A stretch of DNA of 64,000 bases, from positions 120,468,001-120,532,000 of the forward strand of contig CM059431.1 in assembly GCA_030390025.1 (NCBI GenBank), written 5' to 3'. Shown here one piece after another: positions 34,341 through 46,908 of this stretch. The notes beneath the pieces were generated by a model that searched no databases, was not told where the DNA came from, and worked only from the letters and a program-made list of their open reading frames with translations. Position 1 is the stretch's first letter, and each line of letters starts with the position of its first letter. This stretch comes from Squalus acanthias. Its lineage: Eukaryota. Both the position numbers and the translations under genes were made by a program.

Positions 34341-34805
34341 AAGAAAGAAAGACTTGCATTTATATAGAGCCTTTCACGACCACCGGACGTCTCAAAGTGC
34401 TTTACAGCCAATGAAGTACTTTCTTGAAGTGTAGTCACTGTTGTAATGTAGGAAACACAGCAGCCAATTTGTGCACAGCAAGCTCCCACAAATAGCAATG
34501 TGATAATGATCAGATAATCTAGTTTTAGTGATGTTGATTGAGGGATAAATATTGGCCAGGACACCAGGGAGAACTCCCCTCCTCTTATTCGAAATAGTGC
34601 CATGGGATCTTTTACATTCACCTGAGAGAGCAGACGGTGCCTCAGTTTAATGTCTCATCTGAAAGACGGCACCTCCGACAGTGCAGCACTCCCTCAGCAC
34701 TGCACTGGAGTGTCAGCCTAGATTTTTGTGCTCAAGTCTCTGCACTGGGACTTGGACCCACAACGTTTGGACTCAGAGGCGAGGGTGCTACCAACTGAGC
34801 CCCAG
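34341..34805 (-). mobile_element. Full-length Deu-domain tRNA SINE
   Basis: Complete head, Deu core and L2-like tail on the minus strand. Confidence 0.85.
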
Positions 34806-34829
34806 TTGACACAGATGTAGGGGTCGCCT

Positions 34830-36790
34830 TGGCTCCATATTCCTTAATACCCTTGGCTAGCAAAAATCAATTGATCTCAGATTTAAAATTATTAATTGAG
34901 CTAGCATCGATTGCTTTTTGTGGGAGAGAATTCCACTCATGTACCACCCTTTGTGTGAAGAAGTGTTTCCTAACTTCTCCACATGAATGGCCTGGCTCTG
35001 ATTTTAAGGTTATGTCCCCTTGTCCTAGACTCCCCCACTAGTGGAAAAGGTTTCTCTCTATCTACCCTATCAATTCCTTTTAAAATCATAAAAACCACAA
35101 TCAAATCACCCCTTAATCTTTTATATTCCAGGAAATACAAACCTAGTTTATGCAATCTCTCTGCATAATTTAACCCTTGGAGCCCTGGTAATATTCTGGT
35201 AATATTCATGCTGCATTCCTTCCAAGGCCAATATATCCTTTCTAAGGTGCGGTGCCTGGAACTGTACACAGTACTGCAGATGTGGTCTAACCAGGGCTTT
35301 GTATAGCTGTAGCAAAACTGCCTCCCCTTTATATTCTAGCCTCTAGATATAAAGGCTAACGTGCCATGAGCCTTTTAAATTATTTTTTGTACCTGACCAC
35401 TACATTTTAGTGATCTGTGTACATGGACCCCTAAATCTCTTTGGACCTCCACTGTTCCCAGCTTTTCACCATTTAAAAAATACTTGGATCTATCCTTTTT
35501 TGGTTTGAAATGGATGATCTCACACATACCAGGGTTGAACTCCATCTGCCACATTTCTTCCCACTCACTCAATCTATCAATGTCTCTTTGTAATTTTATG
35601 CTCCTGTCTACACTACTTACTATGCCACTAATCTTTGTGTCATTGGCAAACTTGGATATATAGCTCTCTATTGTGTTAACTAAGTCATTAATAAATATAT
35701 TGAATAGTTGAGGCCCCAGCACAGATCTTTTTGGGACACCACTAGTCAATTCCTTCCAATTTGAGTACATACCTATTATCCCTACTCTCTGTCTTCTACT
35801 GCCTAACCAATCTCCTAACCAGGTCAATAATTTGCCTTCAATTGCATGAGCTTCAATTTTAGTAAACATTCTTTTATGTGCAACCTTACCAAATGTCTTC
35901 TGGAAGTCCATATAAACTACATCCATAGACATTCCCCTGTCTACTAATTTACTTACTTCCTCAAAAAATTCAATTAGGTTCGTTAAACATGACCTATCCT
36001 TTACGAATCCATGTTGGCTCTCTCTAATCAGCTCAAATTTCTCTAAGTGCTCAGCCACTCTGTCCTTAATTATAGATTCCAATAACTTCTCTATAACAGA
36101 TGTTAGGCTAACAGGTCTATAAATTCCTGGTTTCTCTCTCTCACCTTTCTTAAATAATGGAGTTACATTTGCAATTTTCCAATCTAAATGGACAATTCCT
36201 GACATGAGAGAGATTGGAAGATTATGGCTAAAGCATCTGTAATTTCCTCTCTTACTTTCCTTAGAACACTAGGGTGGAATCCATCAGGTCCCGGGGATTT
36301 GTCAGTCTTTAGTGTCATCATTTTTTCTAAAACTGTTTTCTTGCTTATGTTAACTTTAGTGAGTACCAGTCCTTGATTCATTATTAGTTTCCCTGGAATG
36401 TCAGGCATATTATCCCTGTCCTCTACTGTGAAGACTGACACAAAATAATTACTCAACAAGACTGCCTTTTCCTTATTTTCATTTGCAATATGACCTGCAT
36501 CTGTTTTTAAAGGGGCCACATTACCCATTGTCTTCTAATGTAATTGTAAAAACTTTTTGTGTTAATCTTGATATCCCTCACAAGTTTCTTTTCATAGTCC
36601 CTTTTTGCAGCTCTTACTACCTTTTTTGTCTTCCTTTGCTGTTCATTATATCTCTCCCTGTCCCCTGGATCTACACTATTCTTTGCAATGTTGTATTCTC
36701 TTTCCATTAGTTTTATAATATCTCTCATCTCTTTTGTCAATCGTAGCTATTTTATTCGGTAAGTAGAGCTTTTGCTCCTTAGGGGTATAT
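34830..36790 (-). mobile_element. CR1 LINE ORF2, reverse transcriptase region (decayed)
   Basis: KSPGPDGFHP, WKIANVTPLFKKG, YRPVSLTS, QHGFVK, YMDFQK, SGVP..SVLGP, KFANDTK. Confidence 0.93.
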
Positions 36791-36794
36791 ATTA

Positions 36795-37495
36795 GAGCAG
36801 AAGGACAGGTTAGAGTGTGTGGCTCAAATAAATGTTCTTTATACAAATGCACTGATTATAAGGAACAAATTGAATGAATTGCAGGTGCAAATTCAACTTA
36901 GAGGATATTGACATGGTAGCCATTACAGAGACATGGCTGCAAGATGGTCAGCACTGGGAACAGAATGTGCCAGGTCTACAGGAAGAATTACTTCTATGAT
37001 AAGAGATGATATAACGAGAGGTAAGCCGGCAGTGGAGACTTTCTGGGTAGAATTAAGAAATAGAAAAGGATTTAAGACTGTAGTGGGAGTTGCGTATAGG
37101 CCTCCTCGTAGCAGCTGTAAAGTGGCAGAATGTATTAATGCAGAGATTAGACAAGCATATACTAATGGCAGAGTGGTTTTAATGGAGGATTTGAACTTCC
37201 ATATAGATTGCAATAAGCAGACGAGCTCATGTCAGAAGGGTAGCGAAATTTTTTGCATGAACTCAGGATAGCTTTCTGCAACAATATGTCCTAGAACCAA
37301 CAAGGGGGCAGGCCATATTAGATTTAATAATGAGCAATGAGCCAGATTTAGTTAACAACCTAACTGTGCGTGAATATTTATCTCATAGCAATCATAACAT
37401 CATTGAATTTAATGTTGTGTTTGAAAGGGAGAAACGCAAAATAGCTACTAGGATTCTAGATTTAGGTAAGGCCGACTTCAACAGGATGAGACAGA
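36795..37495 (+). mobile_element. CR1 APE endonuclease segment, inverted relative to the adjacent RT
   Basis: LYTNA..IRNKLNEL, VAITETWL, GVAYRPP, DLNF, LDL..SN, SNHNII and KADFNRMRQ on the plus strand. Confidence 0.85.
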
Positions 37496-37497
37496 GA

Positions 37498-39024
37498 GGG
37501 GTGAATTTTTCTGGGGGTCAGCGGGCACATTCGGTGGTGGGTCAGGTGGGAAATTAGTTTTTTGACAGTGGGTCGGAACCTCGCTGTCAACCCGCCGCCA
37601 CGTGACATTCACAGATGTTGGGTCTGTCAGGGCTGAACAGACCCGACACGCAGCGGCAGGGGAGGCAATTCAGGTCATTATGACTTGTTAACAGCCCATT
37701 AAAAAGTATTTTGAGCTCATCTTACCATTTTATGCTGCTCAGGAATCTTGTTGTATGACCATGGAATCATCTCATTAATTGACAGCTGCAAATGTACTAG
37801 AAAAGCTCCCATCTCATAGCTGTTCAATTTCCAACCTCAGAAGCTGTTGCTTACTGCATTTGGAAGATTGATTGAGCTTTATGGAGGTTGCAAGTGTTTG
37901 GAGCAAACTCTCTATTGAGTGTCACCTCATTGGAACAACCTCTCTCACCATTGACAGATCATTTCTGTCATCTCAACTTCACCTGCCATCTATTACATCA
38001 GCATCGGTGCCCTTGAAAAATTCTCACCTTGGTCCTCAGAATCCCACGATGATCAGCCCCAACACCAACAACATCACCGGGCACACCAGCAGTACGAACA
38101 ACAACACCAGCCTTCTCCACAAATCAACTGATGCTGCACAGGACAGAGGACATCAGCACCCGACCACTATGCTGCCCGGGATGCCAGGGATGGCCTCACC
38201 ATGGCCAGATTTACTTCACTTGACACTGTACACTCTAGCTGTCATGTGATGTGCCAGGTTGGCACCACCCCACACCAACACCATAAAGCACCCCTACAAT
38301 GCCCAAGCCATTCCTTTCACACTCACCAACATTGCGGGGGGTACCGTTAAGTCTCACCATTCACTGCAACTCACTAAGACACTTCCAAAGGTGCACACAA
38401 ATCTGTCTAAGAATGCAAAGTGTTGAAAATAAAGATTTCAATGTTTGACACCACATTAACAGAAACTTTACATGAACATTGGGTAAAACACAAAAGTGGC
38501 TACCCTTGTGTGTTGTTAGTTGGAATGATTAGACTAGGATGAGGGTGAATGTGAGAGGTGGCTAGTGAGATGGGGAAGTGATAATGTAGATAGAGAGGGA
38601 TGGGCGGAGGTGCAAGGTAAGTTGGTGTGAGTAAGGATGAGCAGGAGTAGGGTAGGAAAGGAAGAGTGATGGGGATCTGATGAGTGGCACAGCAGGATGA
38701 GGTTGAGTGTGGCTTTGCAGTAACATTTCGTGATCTACTGAGATCATTGAAAGGTTTGTGCCACTGCAGCCTGGTCCTCCTGATGACATCCCTGCTTGTA
38801 CATTCTGTGCAATGTGCAACCAGGCTGCATTGGTCTCTTGGGGAGGTCTCTTCCACCCATGGGAAGGGAAGAGAACCTCCCTGCGTGCTGTGACTCCCTC
38901 CATAAGCATATGGAGGGAGTCTGGGAGAGCCTGGGTGCAGCCTTGCACCTCTGTGCAGTGCTTGTCAGTGTTTGCAGCACCTCAATGCTGTAGAAAACTG
39001 ACAGCACAACTGTCAAAATAAATT
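37498..39024 (-). mobile_element. Internally deleted Harbinger derivative (copy of 46909-48696 lacking its left end)
   Basis: Reverse-complement colinear with 47130-48696; ggggtgaatttt terminus. Confidence 0.85.
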
Positions 39025-39440
39025 CAAAAGCAAAATACTGCAGATGCTGGAAATCTGAAATAACAACAGAAATTGCTGGAAACACTCAGCAGGTCAGGCA
39101 GCATTGAGAAGGGAGAAACAGAGTCAACGTTTCGGGTCGAACCCTTCGTCAGAACTGGAAAAGGTTAGGGAAGAGAGATTTTTAAGCAGGGGCAGGGAGG
39201 AGGGGAAGAAAGAATAAAGGGAAGGTCTGTGATAGGATGGAAGGCAGGAGAGATAGACTGACGAAAGGGATGATGGTGCAAGGCAAAAGGAGAGGTATTG
39301 GGACAAGTTAAGAAACAAAAGATGGCTCTGGATGATGTGTGAATGATGATGGCTGCAACTTTAACAGCTACCATGTGAGGAAACAAGAGAAAAATAAAGA
39401 AATACAGGGGCTAATTTATACTCAGACTATAAATTGGCCC
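39025..39440 (-). mobile_element. Penelope-like family 2 3' fragment
   Basis: Similar to 26013-26365. Confidence 0.8.
39122..39156 (-). ncRNA. Minimal hammerhead ribozyme (Penelope family 2)
   Basis: Reverse complement reads AGUU-CUGACGA-A-GGGU(UCG)ACCC-GAAA-CGUU-GACU. Confidence 0.75.
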
Positions 39441-39479
39441 CCATATTTCTTTATATTTTTTTCTTTTTTTCTCTTGTTT

Positions 39480-40102
39480 CCCAGAAGTTCGGGTTTCTCC
39501 CTATCCTGTGGAGTTTTGACTCCACTGCGTGCTTAGTTTTTTTCCTGTAGGGTCCCCGCCCAGAAGTCAGCCTGATTGACAGGCTCGGCTTCCAGTCAGG
39601 TGGGAAACACTCCGGAACAGGCCATAGCCACAGGTAAGGAGCCTGCAGCTGCTACTGAGAATGTGGGGGCGGTCCAATCCCCGGCCCAAGGTGGGGATGT
39701 CCAATCCCAGGATGGGGTCCGATCCCCGACCCCGGGGGTCTTTGCATGGTGGGGGGGGGGTGGGGGGTTATGATGGAAGGGGAACCTGGGGTACTGGGAG
39801 AAAGCATTCCTTCTCCTCCTGGCCCACAAGTAGTGCTGTAAAGAAACATGCCTTCTCTCCGAAGCTGTCCTCATCTCCCTTCAGCTGCCGGGTTTCCCAA
39901 GCACTGGGAAACCTGGCCGGCAAAGGGTTAAACTTGAGAAGCAGGTTAAATCTGAGGCTGCCAGCCTCCTTAAAATATTTAAATGTTGAACTCACCTTCA
40001 GGGCAGGTTGGAGGTGGGTTGGGGTCGGGTTTGAGATTTTTAAAGTGTTAAAATCTCACCCGACCCCAACCTGCCCATTTTTGGGGGGTTAAAATTCAGC
40101 CC
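39480..40102. mobile_element. Harbinger-type non-autonomous element (partial)
   Basis: Similar to 33535-34172; right TIR aaaattcagccc. Confidence 0.65.
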
Positions 40103-41027
40103 AAAGTCTCCCATTAAAACAACTCTGCTTTTGCTACAAGCCTCTCTAATCTCTGATTAATGCATTCTGCCACTTCATTGCTATTATCAGGATGCCTGCA
40201 GACAACTCCAATTACAGTTTTAAGTCCTCTCTTATTCTAACATATCAATATGGAAGATATTAAGATGAATTTGATATTAGAAAGTAAAATAAATTTGGAA
40301 GGATAATACATATCCTTCTCTCAGATGTATTCATTTTTACAGTTACATCCCTGTGGTGATTAATGCAATGATCAGAAAGATCCTGTTATAAAATTAAACT
40401 AAAGTATAAAATATTAAGAAGTTGTTGGTGAAATTTCAACAAAAAAAAATTCAGATAGCCAAATTAATGTAAACTAGAACATGCATTTTGATAAACCCTG
40501 ATAAAGGACGTCCTAGATTTCCAGTAAATGTGATGGTCATATCAGGATTTCAATACACCACTTACACAAAGGAACAGTCTGCAATCCTTGTACTTCTGAC
40601 TATTTAATTCCTCTTGCTGCACTGAGTTTAAATTAAAACACATCACATAAAATAAGGTTGTCTAAGAGAAGCTTATGTGAAGAGTATGACTGATCTGCTC
40701 GGCTGCCAATATTTTGCAATAAGCAATGAAGATGTGGATAATTGTAAGACATTTTACACTTGCATCTGTTTAAGCCTGTTTCGAGCAGGAATTTGACATA
40801 ATGGGAGTAAAAAGAACATTGCATGGAAGTATCATATGTAGGAAGATTAGTTCTTCTAAGGGTATGAAGAATACAAATTAATTCACTAAAAAAGAGGCCC
40901 ACTTAGACCACATTCTCTTTATACCACATTCTAGAACACAAAATAGTGAATTGGAGCTGACAGACTACATACACTACAAAGCTGGTTTACTGTTGAGTTT
41001 CTGTTGACGTGTCCTCAGAATGTAACG

Positions 41028-41408
41028 AGGTAGATTTTGACTTTGTGCGATAGTGTAAAACGTGTGATAGCGAGTCGGCAGCCCGTTTTACAACACTCCC
41101 GATTCGCTATTACCTATTTTACACTAGCACACAAAGTCAAAATTAACCCATGTGAGTGAATTGTGACAACTCCTCTACCAGGCAACACAATTTAAAGAAT
41201 CAACTTATATATGTCTGTACACGATAGATATGCTGCAGAGGAATATTTCTTCTGGTAAAACACAGGGGTAGGTTTTGGCTTTGTGCGACAGTGTAAAACA
41301 GGTGATAGCGGGTTGGCAGACTGTTTTACATCTTTCCCGATTTTTATTTCCATTGCAGTGAATGCTATCCCCCATTTTACACTATCACACAAAGTCACGT
41401 TCTACCCC
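41028..41408. mobile_element. Two short palindromic MITEs of one family (about 41028-41149 and 41265-41408)
   Basis: Ends g.ggtag.ttttg.ctttgtgcga.agtgtaaaa and ttttacacta.cacacaaagtca. Confidence 0.7.
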
Positions 41409-43139
41409 AGTGGCTAAATAGCAGTTCACTTCAAACAAAACATAGCATTTAATGGACAGCATGAATACCCACTCTAGAGCTGACAAATAAATTGATTTGT
41501 TTTAATCTGGTAGTACTATAGATCGCTCTTAGCACCTGCATTAATGCCAACATGATTTGTGAAAGTAAAATCCAGTCTTAGACCTTTGAAACTTTATTCA
41601 ATGTCAGTATAGTACAAGTCATCTGGGGAAAGACAGTAATAATAAACCCAGTGGTTAATAAGAATTAAAGACAAGCGGTGAATGTGAACTAACTTAGACG
41701 TAATTGTTAAGGCAATGAGAAATGTAATATTTCAAACTGTTAAGGTTAAAAATTATTCACACTTATTCTGTGAGAAGCGCTGTTTTCCTGAAGAGGCAGT
41801 TAATTGCCTAATGGAAGAATTAACCAGAAAGAATGAATCCCTACCCTTATTACCATAGTGATTGACTTACAATACTGGCAGTGGAGGAATTGTAATTCTT
41901 TGCAATATCTGCTCTCACAAAGTTTGATTGGCATGGTGCACAGAGAGGGATGGTGGCCTCTGTTCAGGCAAAGCCTTCTGGGAGGAATCAGGTATAATTG
42001 GAAAAACATTCTTAAACTCGGTCTCTTTTAACTTACCTTAGGATTGACCTCATTGTTTTTCCTATGCCAATTTTTTTTCAGTCCTGAGACTTGGGTCTAG
42101 TAGCCTGAGCCACAAGCATTGAAAAATGGGTGATATGTGTAACACATATAAATGGGACTGTGATAGCAATCGTTTAGCAATATAGAGAGATCAGTAAACC
42201 ATCAGGGATATGTTTCTTTCAGATGCACATTTCAGTGTAGCGCTGATTCCTGTTTCCATTATCAAACATCCAAGAATGTCTTGAAATAGATGCTGCAACA
42301 GTTTAGCCCTGTGTACAGTCTCCACCTTTCTCCTAACATTCTAAAAGAAATTGGAATGTGCTGTGCCTGTTTTACAGGTATAAAACAGATGCCTAAGGAC
42401 CCAATATGGCGGGCAGTGCACGCGCATTCATTCTGCGCCAAAGGTTTGTCATCCACCATATTGGTTAGGGTTCTTCCATAGCCGTCTGGGGTGCACATCT
42501 GAAACTGGTGTTAGGCTCTTTGCAGATGCAAATCGGGGGTCCAATGCCCGTTTCAGGCCCCCTCGCAAAATTTAACTGAGTGCCCGCAGCATGTGCCGTG
42601 CATGATGTGGTCAGTTTCTTCACGCACCTAGCAGGAGTGCACCTCTCAGTCCCGAATTAAGTCCATGGGCCTGTGCCAGCCACTGCTCACCCACCCGCCC
42701 CCCACAATTGCCTCCCCACCCTGGACTCTGCTGAGAACCTCGGCTGGCTGAATTCGCTCTCCTTCTGTGATCGGCGAACCGCAGCTGGTGCCAGCAGCTT
42801 GCTGGAGCGTGCAGCATGCCCAGCACCGGGATCGCACCCCGATTTGGGCACAATCCATTTTCTAGGCCATGATGTTCATCTTATGCATCTTTAAAGGCTG
42901 AATGCTCAACTGGGATTTGAATCCAAGACCTTCCAGTCCTGAGCCTAATGCTGGGCTGACTGACCAACAGCTGATTACAGTGATATACCTGTTTCTAATA
43001 TAATTTGTCAGATGTTTTCATAAGTAACTGTGAATGAGGATAATTACATTTTGTATTTTATGCTGCAGAAAATAATGGACCCACATTGTAAATTAAATTT
43101 GAGCTTAGAACAGCATAACCGTGAAGAAAAAGGATGCTG

Positions 43140-43480
43140 AATTACCTCTGCCCCTATTTTTTCAGGTGGCAACATTTGCTGATTCTGCTATACCCATTTA
43201 CATCTCTTTAGACCCATCTTGTGTTTCTTTACTTGTCCCATTACTATCTCCTTTTGCTTTGTACAATCATATGTTTTGTCATTTATTCACTCCTGCCTTC
43301 CACCCAATCACAGACCTTCCCTTTTGTTCTTTCCTCCCCTCCCCACTTTCCCTGCATAAAATCTGTTACATCTCTAACTTTTTCCAGTTCTAAGGAAAGG
43401 TCATTAAAAGGTAAATTTTGTTTCTCTCTCCACAGATGCTGCCTGACCTGCTGAGTATTTCCAGCATTTTCTGTTTTTAT
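43140..43480 (+). mobile_element. Penelope-like family 2 3' fragment
   Basis: Reverse-complement similarity to 26013-26365; the hammerhead segment is damaged. Confidence 0.75.
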
Positions 43481-43529
43481 TTAATACTGAATTACATGTT
43501 TTGTGTCGTGTGTAGGTAATGAAGTTACT

Positions 43530-46010
43530 AGCCAATGTCCCAAACTCCTTCATCACCATCCCGGGGTATGTCTGTCCCACCGGCAGGACAGAACAACCAG
43601 GGGTGGCGGCACAGTGGTATACAGTCGGGAAGGAGTGGCCCTGGGAGTCCTCAACATTGACTCCGGACCCCATGAAGTCTCATGGCTTCAGGTCAAGCAT
43701 GGGCAAGGAATCCTGCTGAATACCACCTACACCTACCGCCCTCCCTCAGCTGATGAATCAGTACTCCTCCATGTTGAACACCACTTGGAAGAAGCACTGA
43801 GAGTAACAAGGGCACAGAATGTACTCTGGGTGGGGAACTTCAACGTCCATCACCAAGAGTGGCTCAGTAGCACCACTACTGACCGAGCTGGCCGAGTCCT
43901 GAAGGACATAACTGCCAGTCTGGGCCTGCGACAGGTGGTGAGAGAACCAACATGAGGGAAAAACCTACTGGACCTTGTCCTCACCAATCTACCTGTCGCA
44001 GATGCATCTGTCCATGACAGTATTGGTGGCAGTGACCACCGCACAGTCATTGTGGAGTCGAAGTCCCGTCTTCACACTGAGGACACCCTTCATCGTGTTG
44101 TGTGGCACTACCACTGTGCTAATGGGATAGATTCAGAACAGATCGAGCAGCTCAAAACTGGGCATGCATGAGGTGCAATGGGTCATCAGCAGCAGCAGGA
44201 TTGTATTCCACCACAATCTGTAACCTCATGGCCCAGCATATCCCTCACTCTACCATTACCATCAAGCCAGGGGACCAACCCTGGTTCAATAAGGAGTGTA
44301 GAAGAGCATGCCAGGAGCAGCACCCGGCATACCTAAAAATGAGCTGCCAACCTGGGGCAGCTGCAACACAGGACTACATGCATGCTAAAAAGCGGAAGCA
44401 GCAAGCTATAGACAGGGCTAAGCAATCTCACAATCAATGGATCAGATCAAAGCTCTGCAGTCCTGCCACATCCAGTCATGAATGGTGGTGGACCATTAAA
44501 CAATTAACGGGAGGAGGAGGCTCCATGAATATCCCCATCCTCAATGATGGTGGAGCCCAGCATGTGAGTGCAAAAGACAAAGCTGAAGTGTTTGCAACCA
44601 TCTTCAGCCAGAAGTGCCGAGTGGATGATCCATATCGGCCTCCTCCTGAGGTCCCCACCATCAAAGAAGCCAGTCTTCAGCCAATTCGATTCACTCCACG
44701 TGATATCAAGAAAAGGCTGAGCGCACTGGATACTAGATACTCAGCTCCCGACCTCATTACAGCCTTGGTCCAAACATGGACAAATGAGCTGAATTCCAGT
44801 GGTGAGGTGAGAGTGACTGCCCTTGACATCAAGGCAGCATTTGACCGAGTGTGGCATGAAGGAGCCCTAGTAAAACTGAAGTCAATGGGAATCGGGGGGA
44901 AAACTCTCCACTGGTTGGAGTCATACCTAGCACAAAGGAAGATGGTTGTGGTGGTTGAAGATGGTTGTGGTGGTTGAAGGTCAATCATCACAGGACATCG
45001 CTGCAGGAGTTCCTCAGGTCAGTGTCTTAGGCCCAACCATCTTCAGCTGCTTCATAAATGACCTTCCCTCCAACATGTCAGAAATAGGGATGTTCGCTGA
45101 TGATTGCACAGTGTTCAGTGCCATTCACAGCTCCTCAGATGAAGCAATCCATGCCTGCATACAACAAGACCTGGACGACGTTCAGGCTTGGGCTGATAAG
45201 CGGCAAGTAACATTCGCGCCACAGAAGTGCCAGGCAATGAATATATCCAACAAGCGAGAGTCTAACCACTGCCCCTTGACATTCAATGGCATTACCATCG
45301 CCGAATGCACTACCATGAACATCCTGGGGGGTCACCATTGACCAGAAACTTAACTGGACCAGCCACATAAATACTGTGGCAACAAGAGCAGGTCAGAGGC
45401 TAGGTATTCTGTGGCGAGTGTCTCACCTCCTGACTCCCCAAAGCCTTTCCACCATCTACAAGGCACAAGTAAGGAGTGTGCTGGAATACTTTCCACTTGC
45501 CTGGATGAGTGCAGCTCCAACAACACTCAAGAAGCTCAACACCATCCAGGACAAAGCAGGGCGCTTGATTGGCACCCCATTCATCACCTTGAACATCCAC
45601 TCCCTCCACTACCGGCGTACCGTGGCTGCAGTGTGTACCATCTGCAAGATGCACTGCAGCAACTCACCAAGGCTTCTTCGGCAGCAACTCCCAAACCCAT
45701 GACCTCTTCCACCTAGAAGGACAAGGGCAGCAGTCACATGGGAACACCACCACCTCCAAGTTCCACTCCAAATCACACACCATCCTGACTTAGAAGTATA
45801 TCGCTGATCCTTCATCATCGCTATGTTCTGTTACACCCTGGCACAAATCCTGGAACTCCCTCCCTAACAGCACTGTGGGAGTACCTTCACCACACGGACT
45901 GCAGCGGTTCAAGAAGGCGGCTCACCACCGCCTTCTCAAGGGCAACTAGGGATGGGCAATAAATGCTGGCCTTGCCAGTGACGCCCACATCCCATAAACG
46001 AATAAAAAAA
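43530..46010 (+). mobile_element. Non-LTR retrotransposon of the CR1/L2 group, distinct from the CR1 and L2 copies; decayed EN and RT
   Basis: EN: RGGGTVVY, YRPPS, GNFNVHH, LDLVLTN, SDH. RT: LDIKAAFDRVWH, GVPQ.SVLGP, MFADD. Ends in polyA; internal deletion in the RT N-terminus. Confidence 0.9.
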
Positions 46011-46908
46011 ACTTAGACCAATGAAGTGTGGCATTAGCGCCCTACCCTTGCATTAAGAAGCAGCAAATATGAGGCAAAGTAATATGTAGTCATGTGTTAA
46101 AGACATCACATATCAGACATATCTACAATTGTACTGAGGACCAATAAATTGTCTGTGGTATGCAAAATTTTATTTACCAATTTTATATATCAAAGTGGAA
46201 TGTGATAAAATATGCCTGGCACTGCATGTGGTTAAGAGTAGCTGACTAGTGTGAAGCACAATATCTGGCCCGGACTGCAAACTAAAACAAATAACCTTAC
46301 ATACTTTATTTCTATTTCAATAAACGTACCTGATATTCTAACTACTTGGTGAAAAAGATGGAAAGAGCTATGGTGATAGTAAGGCTGGTCCATACAATTC
46401 AAGCCTGCCCTGGACTGGAACCAACTCTTTTGCAATAGAGCAGCTGCTGAGGAAAACATGCAATAATTATTACAGTGCACAGAACGTTAATACCAAAAAA
46501 TTGGAAAAGAAATAAATCATTTTTATAGCATCTTATCACATCTTTCAGAAACATATCAAAGCACTCCACATTCTATGAATTACTTTGAAGTGTGGTGACT
46601 GTTGCCATGTAGTCAATTTTACTCACAAGACGATCCTACAAAGAGCAGCGTGATGAATGACCAGTTAATCCACTTTTGTTTGATGGTGGATTTGGCCAGG
46701 AAACTGGGAAAATTAAAGGCTTTCTTTGGAACAGTGCCAAAGGAATTTTAACATCTACCTGAAGTACAGGAACAGGTCTTTAGTTTAACATCTCTTCCAA
46801 ATGACAGCAACTCTGAGGCAGCATTCTCTCAGTAGTGCATTGAAAATTCAGATTACATTATGTCCTGGAGCGAGATTTGAGCTCAGTACCTTCTGACTCA
46901 GAGATAAC

